Assembly (NCBI GenBank): GCA_038227875.1
Contig: JBBRPR010000006.1
Span: 64,001 to 128,000 of the forward strand
Source: Planctomycetota bacterium
Lineage (GTDB): Bacteria > Planctomycetota > SZUA-567 > H5-PLA8
Reading direction: 5' to 3'
Length of the DNA: 64,000 nt
Position numbers and translations under genes: made by a program. Shown here piece by piece: positions 1-11,841 of this stretch. The notes beneath the pieces were generated by a model. It had not been told where the DNA came from. It saw only the letters and a program-made list of their open reading frames with translations, and did no database searches. Position 1 is the first letter of the stretch; the number at the start of each line of letters is the position of its first letter.

Positions 1-562
1 CCGGATCGGGCTCCGAGAAATCGCGCCACGTGCCGAAGTCCAGGATCTTCACCAGGCCACCCTTGCAGACGAAAAGATTAGCGGGCTTGATGTCGCGGTG
101 GACAAAGCCGTTGTCGTGCGCGTTCTGCAGGCCCCACGCCGTCTGGATGCAGACGTCGAGCGCCTCCTTGACCGTGAAGTGAGCGCAGCGCTGCAGCAGC
201 GCATCGAGCGGATCGCCCTCGCAATATTCCATGGCGAAGAAGAGCCGGCCAGCGTGCTCTTCGACCGCATAGATTTTCACAACGTTGGGATGATCCAGCT
301 GCGCCGCCGCGCGGACGTCGCGCTTGAAGCGCGCTGCGAAGCGTTTGTCGTGGGCGTGTTTTTCGAGCAGCACTTTCACTGCAACATCGCGGCGCTGCGC
401 ATTGTCCTGCGCGAGGTAGACGACGCCGACGCCGCCTTCGCCGAGTTTGCGGACGAGCAGGTAAGGGCCGATCTGATCGCTATCAGAAAACGCGGTCTCT
501 TCCGGCGCAACGGCCGGGAGATCCAGCGGGACAGAGGCAAAATCGGGTGAGACTTTGCTCAT
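1..562 (-). CDS. Hanks-type Ser/Thr protein kinase, N-terminal part (runs off the window start)
   Basis: Not in the ORF track. Manual translation from the ATG at 562 gives MSKVSPDF...IGPYLLVRKLGEGGVGVVYLA...VAVKVL...HPNVVKIY...FAMEY...HRDIKPANLF...VKILDFG, i.e. Gly loop, VAVK, HRD and DFG motifs. Confidence 0.95.
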   Translation of the reverse strand, partial: MSKVSPDFASVPLDLPAVAPEETAFSDSDQIGPYLLVRKLGEGGVGVVYLAQDNAQRRDVAVKVLLEKHAHDKRFAARFKRDVRAAAQLDHPNVVKIYAVEEHAGRLFFAMEYCEGDPLDALLQRCAHFTVKEALDVCIQTAWGLQNAHDNGFVHRDIKPANLFVCKGGLVKILDFGTWRDFSEPDP

Positions 563-798
563 GGTGCGCTCCAGACATTTGTAAGATTACCACATTTTAG
601 CGAAAAACAAGCACATAGTGCATTTGTTATTATTTCGATAAATGCATAGACTATAAGAGTTTGCCGGCTCCTGTTTTCCACGCCAGAAATATTAAGCAGA
701 TTCTACCGGAGCGCCACGCACGTCGCGCGAAAGGGTCTCGCGCGGCAGCGTACTCGCGTGTTGCTCACACTCCAGCACCTGCTACACTGAAGGGCGTT

Positions 799-2910
<2,112 letters not shown>

Positions 2911-3065
2911 TACTTTCCAATTTCCTCAATGGCCGAACGTCAAGGAGCAGCGGCTGTTTGCTGCTCCTTGCTGACGCGTCGCCAAAATCAAATTTGCGTA
3001 CGTCCGGGTAGAAGCAACTCACCCGCTTGCGCAAATGGAAAGTGGAAAATGTCCGTTCTCGCCGT

Positions 3066-5180
3066 CTACCGTGCATCCAACACGGTCCGTATCTTTTTCT
3101 GCAGCTGCCGGTGCGTAAACGGCTTCTGCAGAAAATTGGTCTCGGCACTGAGCACGCCGCGTTCGCCCAGCGCGCTGTTGGTGTAGCCGGACATGAAGAG
3201 GATCTTCATCTCCGGGCGCGTGGGGCCGAGCAGTTCAGCCAGACGCGCGCCGCTCATTTCGGGCATCACCACGTCGGTCAGCATCAGGTCGATCTGGCCG
3301 CCGAAGGCCTCGCATACCTCGATGGCGCGCGGAGCGTTTGCGGCTTCGAGGATCGTGTAGCCGGCGTCGCGCAACACGTCGCCGACCAGCTCGCGCACGC
3401 CTAGTTCATCTTCGACCAGCAGGATCGTCTCGGCACGCGTCGCCGTCTGCAGCGAGGAACTGGCCGCCTGGGCCGCGGGCGCATCGCTCGTAATGGGCAG
3501 GAGGAGCGTGAAGGTCGTGCCGCGGTCCGGTGCGCTGGAAACAGAGATGCTGCCGCCGCTCTGCTTGGCGATGCCGTAGACCATCGAGAGACCCAGCCCG
3601 GTGCCCTTGCCCTGCGGCTTGGTGGTGAAGAACGGCTCGAAGATATGGGATTGGATCTCGGGGCTCATCCCGCTGCCGGTATCGCTCACGGTCAATTTTA
3701 CGTGAGCGCCGGTCTGAAGTCCCACATGCCCGCGCGCGAAGTCTTCGCTGATCTCCACGTTCTCCGTGGCGATGCGCAGGTTGCCGCCCAGCGGCATCGC
3801 GTCCCGCGCGTTGACCACGAGATTGATCAGCACCTGCTCGATCTGGGCGGGATCGGCCTTGATCCGCGCCAGATTGGGGCCCGCCTCGCTCAGCAGCACG
3901 ATGTCCTCGCCGATCAGCCGCCGCAGCATCTCGTACATGCGCGCGACGACCGCGTTCAGGTCGATCACCTGGGGCTCGATCACGTGGCTGCGGCTGAAGG
4001 CCAGCAATTGCCGCGTCAGCGCCGCCGCACGCTCCGCCGTGGAATGAACCATGTCGATCTTGCCATACAGCGGCTTCGACGGATCAATCTCGCGCAGCGC
4101 CAGTTCAGTCCGGCCCAGGATCACCGTGAGCAGATTGTTGAAGTCGTGGGCGATGCCGCCGGCCAGTTTGCCAATCGCCTCCATCTTGTGCGACTGGAAC
4201 AATTGCTGCTCCAGATTCACCCGTTCGGTGATGTCCGAGAGCGCGCCGGTCATCCGCGCGGGAGCACCGTCGGGGCCGAAGTAGAAGCGGCCGCGCGCGA
4301 GAATCCAGTGCACGCCGGAGTCCGGCCAGATCACGCGGAATTCGTGGCTGAAATCCTGCTTCGCGCTGCGCGCCTTCGCCAGTGCCGCGCGGAACGCCGT
4401 CAGATCGTCGGGGTGAATTCGCTGCTCGAATTTACTGCACGCGCCATTGAGCGTCTCCGCAGGCGATCCCAGCACGGTCTCCAGGTTTCCAGTGAAGCGG
4501 ATCTCGTCGCGCGTGGCTTCCCAATTCCACACCCCGATGTTGCCGGCTTCCAGCGCCAGCTTGAGCTGCTCTTCGCTGTGGCGCAAGGCTTCGTCGGCGC
4601 GGCGGCGTTCGATCGCATAGCGCACCGCGCGGATCAGTGCGCGGCCGTCAAAGGTACCTTTAAGAAGGTAATCCTGCGCGCCCTGCTGCACCGCGCTCAT
4701 CGCCACGCGTTCGTCGTCGACGCCACTCATGATCAACGTCGGCACCGACGGCGCGGCGGCGTGCACGCGGATGAACGTGTCGAGCCCCTGGCTGTCCGGC
4801 AACGAGAGGTCCAGCAGTACTACGTGAAGTACGGAAGTCCGGAGTTTTTCCAGCGCTTCGCGCAGACTCGCTGCCACCACAACTTCAAACGCCGGACCGC
4901 CGGCCATGACGATCACTTCGCTCAGAATCCTCGCGTAGTCGCAATTGTCCTCGACCAGCAGCAGGCGGATCGGGACCCAGGCATTGCCATCCAGGACACC
5001 ACGACTGGTGAGCTGAAGGTTTGCGGAAATTTCTTCCGAACCAGCCACGTTTTCGGAATTCCTGACAGACTGTCCGGAGCTGCTATCATTCTGTCGAGCG
5101 GCTTCGCGCCCCGCCTCTGGGACACTCGAACTACGGTCCGTTTGCTTAGTCTCGCTGTGCACGTCGTTTAACTTTACCAT
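3066..5180 (-). CDS. Cytoplasmic hybrid sensor histidine kinase (REC-PAS-HisKA-HATPase-REC)
   Basis: LLLVEDN...[10 protein letters not shown] (REC); GVWNWE...IHPDD...HWILARG (PAS); [12 protein letters not shown]-box; [25 protein letters not shown]-terminal ILLVEDE...TDVVMP...KPF. Start codon uncertain. Confidence 0.93.
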   Translation of the reverse strand: MVKLNDVHSETKQTDRSSSVPEAGREAARQNDSSSGQSVRNSENVAGSEEISANLQLTSRGVLDGNAWVPIRLLLVEDNCDYARILSEVIVMAGGPAFEVVVAASLREALEKLRTSVLHVVLLDLSLPDSQGLDTFIRVHAAAPSVPTLIMSGVDDERVAMSAVQQGAQDYLLKGTFDGRALIRAVRYAIERRRADEALRHSEEQLKLALEAGNIGVWNWEATRDEIRFTGNLETVLGSPAETLNGACSKFEQRIHPDDLTAFRAALAKARSAKQDFSHEFRVIWPDSGVHWILARGRFYFGPDGAPARMTGALSDITERVNLEQQLFQSHKMEAIGKLAGGIAHDFNNLLTVILGRTELALREIDPSKPLYGKIDMVHSTAERAAALTRQLLAFSRSHVIEPQVIDLNAVVARMYEMLRRLIGEDIVLLSEAGPNLARIKADPAQIEQVLINLVVNARDAMPLGGNLRIATENVEISEDFARGHVGLQTGAHVKLTVSDTGSGMSPEIQSHIFEPFFTTKPQGKGTGLGLSMVYGIAKQSGGSISVSSAPDRGTTFTLLLPITSDAPAAQAASSSLQTATRAETILLVEDELGVRELVGDVLRDAGYTILEAANAPRAIEVCEAFGGQIDLMLTDVVMPEMSGARLAELLGPTRPEMKILFMSGYTNSALGERGVLSAETNFLQKPFTHRQLQKKIRTVLDAR

Positions 5181-5324
5181 GTTAGTGAACTCCGCGGTGC
5201 AGCTCGGAACATTCTGCCGGATTATGAAGGTTGCGTTCCGCACTCGTTGGTACACCTTTCGCTATTCATAGACCAATAAGTGTGCAGTTCAAAAAACTAA
5301 CGGATTAAGCGCCGCGGAGTTCAA

Positions 5325-5963
5325 ATGGAAACGTATTCACGACCCAGCCGAGCACGGCTATCTCACGCCACCCAGCTCACCCGTGCCACGCGGGTGACAC
5401 GAAAAACGCGGGTAGAACCCGTGATCGATGCACCCATAAAGACGCGCAGCGAATTGTCGCGCAACCGCATTCCCACGCTGGCTCCGGGTGTGAATTGCCG
5501 GGTCTTGTTCGTCGCGCAGAAGTCGCGGCACAGCCAGCTCGTCTCGATGATTCTCGCGAATGAAAATATGACGGTGCGCGCCGTCTCCGAAGTCCAACCG
5601 GATGAATTGCAACTTGCCGCCGGCGTCCCCGACTTGCTGCTGCTCGACGGCGATACGCCAGGCTGCGACAGCCGCGCCACGCTGATGCACCTTCGCTCGC
5701 ACAGCGAAACCGCCCGGGTGCCCGTGATTTTGCTGACCAGCAGCACCGGCTGCGAACAACACCGCCGTGAGCTCGCGCCTTTTGGAATTCACTGGATCCT
5801 GGAAAAGCCCATCGCCGCGCTGATCCTCCCCAAGCTGATCCGCCGTACGATCAAGATCGCCAGCCAGCATTGGCTCAGCGGCGAAGCCCGCTACCAGCGC
5901 GCCGAAGTGCTCGCCGAGTATGGTCAGATGAGCTGCGGTGCCGTGTGGAAGGCGATCAGTTGA
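5325..5963 (+). CDS. Receiver-domain protein with atypical acidic pocket
   Basis: PDLLLLD, VPVILLTS and ILEKP match the REC fold. Divergent from the hybrid kinase. Confidence 0.7.
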   Translation: METYSRPSRARLSHATQLTRATRVTRKTRVEPVIDAPIKTRSELSRNRIPTLAPGVNCRVLFVAQKSRHSQLVSMILANENMTVRAVSEVQPDELQLAAGVPDLLLLDGDTPGCDSRATLMHLRSHSETARVPVILLTSSTGCEQHRRELAPFGIHWILEKPIAALILPKLIRRTIKIASQHWLSGEARYQRAEVLAEYGQMSCGAVWKAIS

Positions 5964-6171
5964 GCGAAAGTATTGCGGATTGCGGATTGGATGAACACGA
6001 TTGCGCGCGTGGATAGTGTGGAAATCGGGAATCGGGAGTCGAAATTCGGAATTCGCGCACTCTCAAAATAATGGGGCAAGTTGGATCGAAAGTAACGCTG
6101 TGTGCGTGCAAAACACAACTGCGGGCGGTGGGACCGCCCGCGTTGCGTGCTGAAATGGGTCGGACGAAAGA

Positions 6172-6465
6172 CTACTTCTTGGCAGGGGCTTTCGCGGCGG
6201 GGGCGGCGGCTTTCGCATCGCCAGCTTTCGCGGCGGGGGCTGCGGCGCCACCGGCTGCTGCTGCGTCGCCTTCGCCTTCCTTCTTCGCGGCCTTCTTCTT
6301 GGTCGCCAGCTTGATGCTCTTGACCTTGCGCAGGCCCAGCACGCTGTTCTGGCCTTCGCGCCAGCCACCGGCTTCTTCCAGGACCTTGATGCGTTCAATG
6401 CGGGTCAAAACGTTGCGGTGCTTGGTCAGCGAACCGCCGGTGCGTAAACTCTTGTGAACTGACAT
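6172..6465 (-). CDS. PVC-superphylum small basic (signature) protein with Ala/Lys-rich tail
   Basis: MSVHKSLR...HRNVLTRIERIKVL...W...SVLGLRKVK resembles the PVC signature protein. AGGAG-like RBS upstream. Confidence 0.88.
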   Translation of the reverse strand: MSVHKSLRTGGSLTKHRNVLTRIERIKVLEEAGGWREGQNSVLGLRKVKSIKLATKKKAAKKEGEGDAAAAGGAAAPAAKAGDAKAAAPAAKAPAKK

Positions 6466-6742
6466 TTTCGTCCTGCTCCTTCACCGAATGCCAAATAAAA
6501 CGCCGCGCCGAAGTAGGCGCGGGTGAGTCTTTGTAAACGCGACGATGCGTATTTCAAGCGCTAATTATCGATTGGCAACGCGCGTTCACGCGACCGCGCT
6601 GCGCGTTCAATCCTTGTGTGCGCTCAATCCACCTCTGACCCTTGGACCCTGAACCCTGCCCCCTCGCCCCTCGCGCGTCAGCGCGCTGCGATCGGTAGAA
6701 TCTTCCATATCTCCCGCTTGTCTTCGCGAAAAATAGGGTTTA

Positions 6743-7246
6743 ATGTCTTGGTATGACCGCGCCGTGCACCAACGGAGGTGGGATGTGATGACGGCCCAGG
6801 ATCGCGCGCTCGATTTGAGCATCGACGACGATGAGCTCACGCCTGAAGAGTTGAAGCGCCGCAAACAGTCGCAGCACCTCGCGGCGGAAGCGGCGTACTT
6901 GGAACGCTACCGGCTCCGCGTCAAGCGCGCGATGATCCTCGGCGCGGTTGCGTCGGTGGTGATTTCGGCATTCGTGCCGGGGAGTTGGTTCTGGCCGATT
7001 GTAATGGGGATGATCGGCGGCGGACTCGGATTTTATGTGGCGCAGAACAACACCGGACACCTGATGGGCATCGTGATGTTCGGCGGCAGCGCAGCGGTGA
7101 TTTCGCTGACACACGTGAACATGGCCGGCATCAAGGATGTGGGAACGGGTTTCATCATCGTCAGCACGTGGCTATTTCACATGGCGCTGGGCTGGGTGGT
7201 GACTACGCTCGCGCAGGAACAGCGCTCGCGGGAAGAGTCGTTTTAA
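6743..7246 (+). CDS. Hypothetical membrane protein (about 4 TM)
   Basis: Charged N-terminus followed by Gly-rich hydrophobic segments; fills the intergenic space. Confidence 0.7.
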   Translation: MSWYDRAVHQRRWDVMTAQDRALDLSIDDDELTPEELKRRKQSQHLAAEAAYLERYRLRVKRAMILGAVASVVISAFVPGSWFWPIVMGMIGGGLGFYVAQNNTGHLMGIVMFGGSAAVISLTHVNMAGIKDVGTGFIIVSTWLFHMALGWVVTTLAQEQRSREESF

Positions 7247-7258
7247 CTGCACGAACGA

Positions 7259-7315
7259 CGGGATTCGGGATTCGTTGCGCGTCCGCATTTGGCGAATCCC
7301 GAATCCCGATTCCCG
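7259..7315. repeat. Palindromic heptamer-array element (CGGGATT/AATCCCG arms), copy 1
   Basis: cgggattcgggattcg-core-cgaatcccgaatcccgattcccg. Closely matches the reverse complement of 32967-33043. Lies between convergent genes. Confidence 0.8.
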
Positions 7316-7327
7316 CTGTTCGTGAGA

Positions 7328-8599
7328 CTACTTCTTCACCTCAGGCGCAGGCGCACTCGCCGCGGCCTTCTCCCGCTCCAACTGATCATGACAAATCGAG
7401 AGCGTGCGAATGGCAAAGCCGGTGACGAGGACGGTGTCGTTCTCCATCCATTGCGAGGAGACGGAATTGTGCCAGGAACCGTCGGCAGCCTGGAGCGAGA
7501 GCAGGCGCTTGCTGAGTTCTTCGGCCCAGTGGTGCGTCTGGCCGTCGAGCGTTTTGACGTCGGGTTCGCCGTAGATGTAAAGCGCCTTGGCCATCGTCTG
7601 GTAATAATAGTAGAGACCATCGGCGCCGAGGTTTTTGTTCTCGTCGAGTGTGTAGTTGGCGCGCACCCACTTCATCGACGATTGAACCTCGGGCGAATCC
7701 TTGCCCAGATTCAGATGCAGGAAGCTCTTCAGCGCGGCGTAGCTCATCAGGCCGTAGCTTTTCGGAACTTTCAGGCCGTCCTTGGTGGTGTCGTAGCCGG
7801 CTTTGCTTTCGCCCGGGCGGTAGAACGATCCGCCGTCGGTACCGGCGGCGGTGCCCGGTGCAACTTTATCGTTCTCTTCGGCATTCTGAAGGCGGTTGAA
7901 AAACTTCTTGGCGTTTTTCATCGCGGGGTCATCGGGCTTGACGCCCGCGGCGCGCATCGCTTCGACCCAGTTCTGTGTCACATCGCCGCTGGGTTTGCCG
8001 CCGGCGCTGTAACCTGCGCCGCCGAAATTCGCGCTGTCTTCGTCCTGGTTCTGCGTTGAGAGCAGATAGTTCTTCCCAGCTTCGATGTCTTGCTGCAGCG
8101 ACGGATCTTCCAGCGAGGCGAGGGCCATGATCGTGATGGACGTGCAGTAGGTCTGCAGCCCCAGGCGCGGCGTGCAGTATGAACCGTCGGGCTGCTTGGT
8201 GCGCTGAATCGCTTCGACGGCTTTCTTGATGAACGGCGTGTTCAGGCGCAATTTATCCGGCGAGCGGGCCAGTGAATCGACGACCAGGGCGGTGAAGGCG
8301 GGCTTCGGGTCCAGCGCGCCGCGTGAGAAGTGGCCGTCGGCTTCCTGATGGATGCGCAGGTATTCGGCACCGCGGTGGATCGAATCGAGAATCGTGTCGC
8401 CGCTGGCGACCACGGGTTTGGCGGCTTCCGTCGGCGTGGAGTGCGACGGCATTTCGTACTTGTACGCGTACAACCCGACGAGCGCGAGCAGCACGATGAT
8501 CGCCAGGACGACCTTGACGATTTTCTTGACGATCGACGTGCCGCCACTGGAACCGACAGGAGCTGGCGCTTTTTCCGACAGGGCTGGAGAATCAGACAT
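7328..8599 (-). CDS. Membrane-anchored prenyltransferase/squalene-oxidase-repeat protein
   Basis: Repeated QxxDGSW-type motifs (HQEADGHF, KQPDGSY, LQAADGSW), YYYYQTMAKAL and an N-terminal TM helix. Confidence 0.85.
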   Translation of the reverse strand: MSDSPALSEKAPAPVGSSGGTSIVKKIVKVVLAIIVLLALVGLYAYKYEMPSHSTPTEAAKPVVASGDTILDSIHRGAEYLRIHQEADGHFSRGALDPKPAFTALVVDSLARSPDKLRLNTPFIKKAVEAIQRTKQPDGSYCTPRLGLQTYCTSITIMALASLEDPSLQQDIEAGKNYLLSTQNQDEDSANFGGAGYSAGGKPSGDVTQNWVEAMRAAGVKPDDPAMKNAKKFFNRLQNAEENDKVAPGTAAGTDGGSFYRPGESKAGYDTTKDGLKVPKSYGLMSYAALKSFLHLNLGKDSPEVQSSMKWVRANYTLDENKNLGADGLYYYYQTMAKALYIYGEPDVKTLDGQTHHWAEELSKRLLSLQAADGSWHNSVSSQWMENDTVLVTGFAIRTLSICHDQLEREKAAASAPAPEVKK

Positions 8600-8780
8600 G
8601 CGGTTTTCCTATGAGAAGTAATACGCTTCTAGCTAGTAGGCAGTTTTCAGGCCAGAGATGGGAATGATGAATTATGAGGGATGAAAGTTCGGTGGTCGAG
8701 TGGGGATTTGCGGCTCTAGGCTGTTAGCTCTTGGCTCTTGGGATTGTTCGGCAGCGCGCTGAGGCATATAATTGGTTTCA

Positions 8781-10661
8781 ATGAGCACCGATGCTGAAGG
8801 TATTCCTTATCCATTGATTCGGATTGAGACGGGGCCACTCGCCGGGCGTGAGCAGGCTGCCTCTGGCGTGGTGTTGATTGGGCGCGGCGAGGAATGTTCG
8901 CTGCGGCTGATCGACGAGAAGGTTTCGCGCCGTCACGCGGATCTGACTTTTGCCGACGGCCACGCGACGCTGCGCGATCTGATGAGCGTCAACGGCACGC
9001 AGGTCAACGAACAGAAAGTCACGACTGTCGAACTGAAAGACCGCGACCGGATTCGCATTGGGTCGACGGAGATCGTGTACCTCGTCCGGCCGGAGAACGA
9101 CCGCACGACGCGTCTGGCGGAGACGCCGGCGCACGAATCGCGCTCGCAGATCGAATATGTACTGTCGGTGACGGAGAGCGATATTCTCGCGCACAGTCCC
9201 AGCTCCGACGAAATCTCTTCGGTCTACCGGCTCGCGCGGACGCTGCCGGGGATCGCCGATCCCAAGATGCTGCCCAAGCGCTGGCTGGCGGATCTCTGCA
9301 AGGAATTGAAAGCCGACAGCGGCGTGCTACTGACGCGGCGCGTTGACGGCGATCAGCTCGTGGTCGCGCCGGAGACGGCGCGCGCGCCGCGGCTGAGCCG
9401 CTCGGTGATCGCGCGCGTCCTGTCAACGGGCGAAGCGCTGCTGGTGGCGGACATGGGCGAGAGCGAGCTGGCCAAGAGCGCCAGCCTGGCGTCTTCGCGC
9501 GTGGCGACGCTGATTGCCGCGCCGGTGCCGTTAAGCGGCGAAGACCGCGCGCTGGTGTATCTCGACCGGCGCGGCGACGCGCGCCCGCCGTTTTCCGAGC
9601 GCCAACTGGCGCTGCTGGCCGAAGCGGCGCGCGCGCTGGGCACAGCGCTCGACACGGCGCAAACTCACGCCGACGAACTGGCCCGCCTGGAGCGGCTGGC
9701 GGGGCGGCTGAACGCATCGAACCAATTGATCGGACGCGCGCCAAAGTTCATCGCCTGCATCGACGTCGCGATGCGCGCGGCGCCGCACGCGACGCCGGTG
9801 CTGATTAACGGGCCGACCGGCAGCGGCAAGGAGTTGCTTGCGCGGCTGATTCACGATGAAAGTCCGCGCGCGTCCAAGCCGTTTGTCGCGGTCAACTGCG
9901 CGGCGCTGCCGGAGGGTTTGCAGGAGAGCGAACTGTTCGGCCACGAGCGCGGCGCGTTCACCGGCGCGACGGCGGCGCGCGAGGGGTATTTCAAACTGGC
10001 GCACGGCGGGACACTGTTTCTGGATGAAGTTGGCGATCTGGCGCCGTCGAGCCAGGTAAAGTTGCTGCGCGCCGTCGAGAGCGGCGAATTTTTTCCCGTC
10101 GGCAGCAGCAAGCCGGTGCGCGTCGACGCGCGCATCGTCGCGGCCACCAACCGTCCACTGGATGCCGACGCGAAGTCTGGCCGCTTCCGTGAGGACCTCT
10201 ATCACCGGCTCAACGTGATCCGCATCGAACTGCCGTCGCTGAGCGAGCGGCCGGCAGATATTCGGATGCTGGCCGAACATTTCCTGAGCCGCAAGGCACT
10301 TGAGTTGAAGCGACCCGTGCGCACACTGTCCGAGCGAGCGCTGCAATTGCTGGAGCGTTACGCATGGCCAGGGAACATCCGCGAGCTGGCCAACGTGATT
10401 GAACGCGCCGTGGTTCTGGCGCAGCGTTCGGAATTGGACGTGAACGACTTCCCCATGGAACTGGCTGGCTCGAGCGCCAAAGCCGCGGCGGTTCCGGACG
10501 CGCCCATCACGCTCGCCGAAGCGGAACGCCGCGCGGTGCTGCATGCGCTGACGCACACGCACTGGCAGAAGACGAAGGCTGCGGAGATTCTCGGAATTTC
10601 GTGGCCGACGCTGCAGAAAAAAATTACCGACTACGGCCTGGTGGATCCGGGCAAGCCGTAG
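8781..10661 (+). CDS. Sigma54-dependent activator, FHA-GAF-AAA+-HTH
   Basis: FHA IGRG...VSRRHA...SVNGT; GAF-like LSRSVIARV...LVYLD; GPTGSGKE, ESELFGHERGAFTGA, LFLDEVGD, WPGNIREL; Fis-type HTH AAEILGIS. Confidence 0.95.
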   Translation: MSTDAEGIPYPLIRIETGPLAGREQAASGVVLIGRGEECSLRLIDEKVSRRHADLTFADGHATLRDLMSVNGTQVNEQKVTTVELKDRDRIRIGSTEIVYLVRPENDRTTRLAETPAHESRSQIEYVLSVTESDILAHSPSSDEISSVYRLARTLPGIADPKMLPKRWLADLCKELKADSGVLLTRRVDGDQLVVAPETARAPRLSRSVIARVLSTGEALLVADMGESELAKSASLASSRVATLIAAPVPLSGEDRALVYLDRRGDARPPFSERQLALLAEAARALGTALDTAQTHADELARLERLAGRLNASNQLIGRAPKFIACIDVAMRAAPHATPVLINGPTGSGKELLARLIHDESPRASKPFVAVNCAALPEGLQESELFGHERGAFTGATAAREGYFKLAHGGTLFLDEVGDLAPSSQVKLLRAVESGEFFPVGSSKPVRVDARIVAATNRPLDADAKSGRFREDLYHRLNVIRIELPSLSERPADIRMLAEHFLSRKALELKRPVRTLSERALQLLERYAWPGNIRELANVIERAVVLAQRSELDVNDFPMELAGSSAKAAAVPDAPITLAEAERRAVLHALTHTHWQKTKAAEILGISWPTLQKKITDYGLVDPGKP

Positions 10662-10802
10662 CGGATAGTCGTCCGTCCAGGTTTAAGACTTTGCGTGCTC
10701 CATTGACACTCGTCCTTCGAGCGGTTATGCGCTCGTTGCTAATTAATAATTCTCTAATACTTCCACCGAATGTGTGGCACACGCCTAATGGGAGAATCAC
10801 GC

Positions 10803-11642
10803 ATGGACGACGTTCAAACGCTGAAGCTGGTTTCGCTCTTCGCCACCATGGACGATACGGAGATCAAGGGCATCCGTGAGATCATGGATGACAACCACTA
10901 TGCGCCCGGGCAGACAATCATTCACGAGAACGAACCCACCGGCGCGTTTCATGTGATCGTCGAAGGCTCGGTGGAATTCCTGCTCAGCGATGCCACCGGC
11001 CAGGAACTGCTCGTCGACTCCGCCGATAAAGGGGGATTCTTTGGCGAGTTGTCGATGCTCACCGGCGAACCGCGCCTGATGCGCGTGCGGGCCGTGGAGG
11101 CGGTGCGTACGCTCTCGTTCACGCGTGACGAATTCCACGAATTTCTGCTGAAGCATCCACACGCCGGCATCGATGTCATGACCGCGCTTTCGCATCGGTT
11201 GTACCGCACGGACAAACTGCTCCGCCGCTCAGTGGCCCGCAATCCCAACGAGGAGATCGAAGACCGGCTGACGATCGGGCAGAAGATCGCCGACGGCTTC
11301 GCCAACAAAATGGGCTCGTGGGGATTTATCATCACGCAAAGCCTCATCCTGATGGTCTGGGTCATCTGGAATGCCGTTTCAGGCGTGCCGCATTGGGATG
11401 AGTACCCGTACATTTTTCTGAATTTGGCGCTCTCGTTTCAGGCCGCGTACGCCGCGCCGATTATCATGATGTCGCAGAATCGCGCGTCGAATAAAGACCG
11501 CATCTACGCAGAGCTCGATCACCAGGTGAACATCAAAGCCGAAGTGAAGACCGGACTGATCATGGCGCGGTTGGACGATCTGGAACGGTCGATGCATTTC
11601 CTGCATCAAGAGCAGTGCGCGCTGGTGAAGGGAAAGCAGTAA
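10803..11642 (+). CDS. Cyclic-nucleotide-binding domain fused to a DUF1003-type membrane domain
   Basis: FFGELSML...PR (cNMP); GSWGFI...DEYPYIFLNLALSFQAAYAAPIIMMSQNR (DUF1003). Confidence 0.9.
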   Translation: MDDVQTLKLVSLFATMDDTEIKGIREIMDDNHYAPGQTIIHENEPTGAFHVIVEGSVEFLLSDATGQELLVDSADKGGFFGELSMLTGEPRLMRVRAVEAVRTLSFTRDEFHEFLLKHPHAGIDVMTALSHRLYRTDKLLRRSVARNPNEEIEDRLTIGQKIADGFANKMGSWGFIITQSLILMVWVIWNAVSGVPHWDEYPYIFLNLALSFQAAYAAPIIMMSQNRASNKDRIYAELDHQVNIKAEVKTGLIMARLDDLERSMHFLHQEQCALVKGKQ

Positions 11643-11664
11643 CCGCTACACGTTGCGCGGTGCG

Positions 11665-11814
11665 TTAGAAATTCTGATAGATGAACGCGCCGCCGTGGCT
11701 GCGCGAGGCGAAGGCGATGACCATCACCAGCATCGCCAGCCAGACCATCCAGCGCAGCACGCTCAGCCAGAAGGGGCGTTCGATGGTCGGCTTGATTGCT
11801 TCGGGTTCAGGCAT
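11665..11814 (-). CDS. DltX-like small membrane peptide (49 aa) ending in FIYQNF
   Basis: Manual translation: MPEPEAIKPTIERPFWLSVLRWMVWLAMLVMVIAFASRSHGGAFIYQNF*. One TM helix, GGAG upstream, directly downstream of the MBOAT gene. Confidence 0.75.
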   Translation of the reverse strand: MPEPEAIKPTIERPFWLSVLRWMVWLAMLVMVIAFASRSHGGAFIYQNF

Positions 11815-11841
11815 GGCATTCAGCTCCGGATTCAGCGCTCA

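Noticed and set aside
563..798. LexA/SOS box upstream of uvrB
   Set aside because: The spacer is AT-rich, but I could not identify a convincing palindrome matching a known SOS box.
7328..8599. Squalene-hopene cyclase
   Set aside because: It has a single barrel only and no DxDD motif, so it is a generic prenyltransferase-repeat protein.
10775..10790. TGGCAC upstream of the cNMP/DUF1003 gene as a sigma54 promoter
   Set aside because: It reads TGGCACACGCCTAATG, with no GC at the -12 position.
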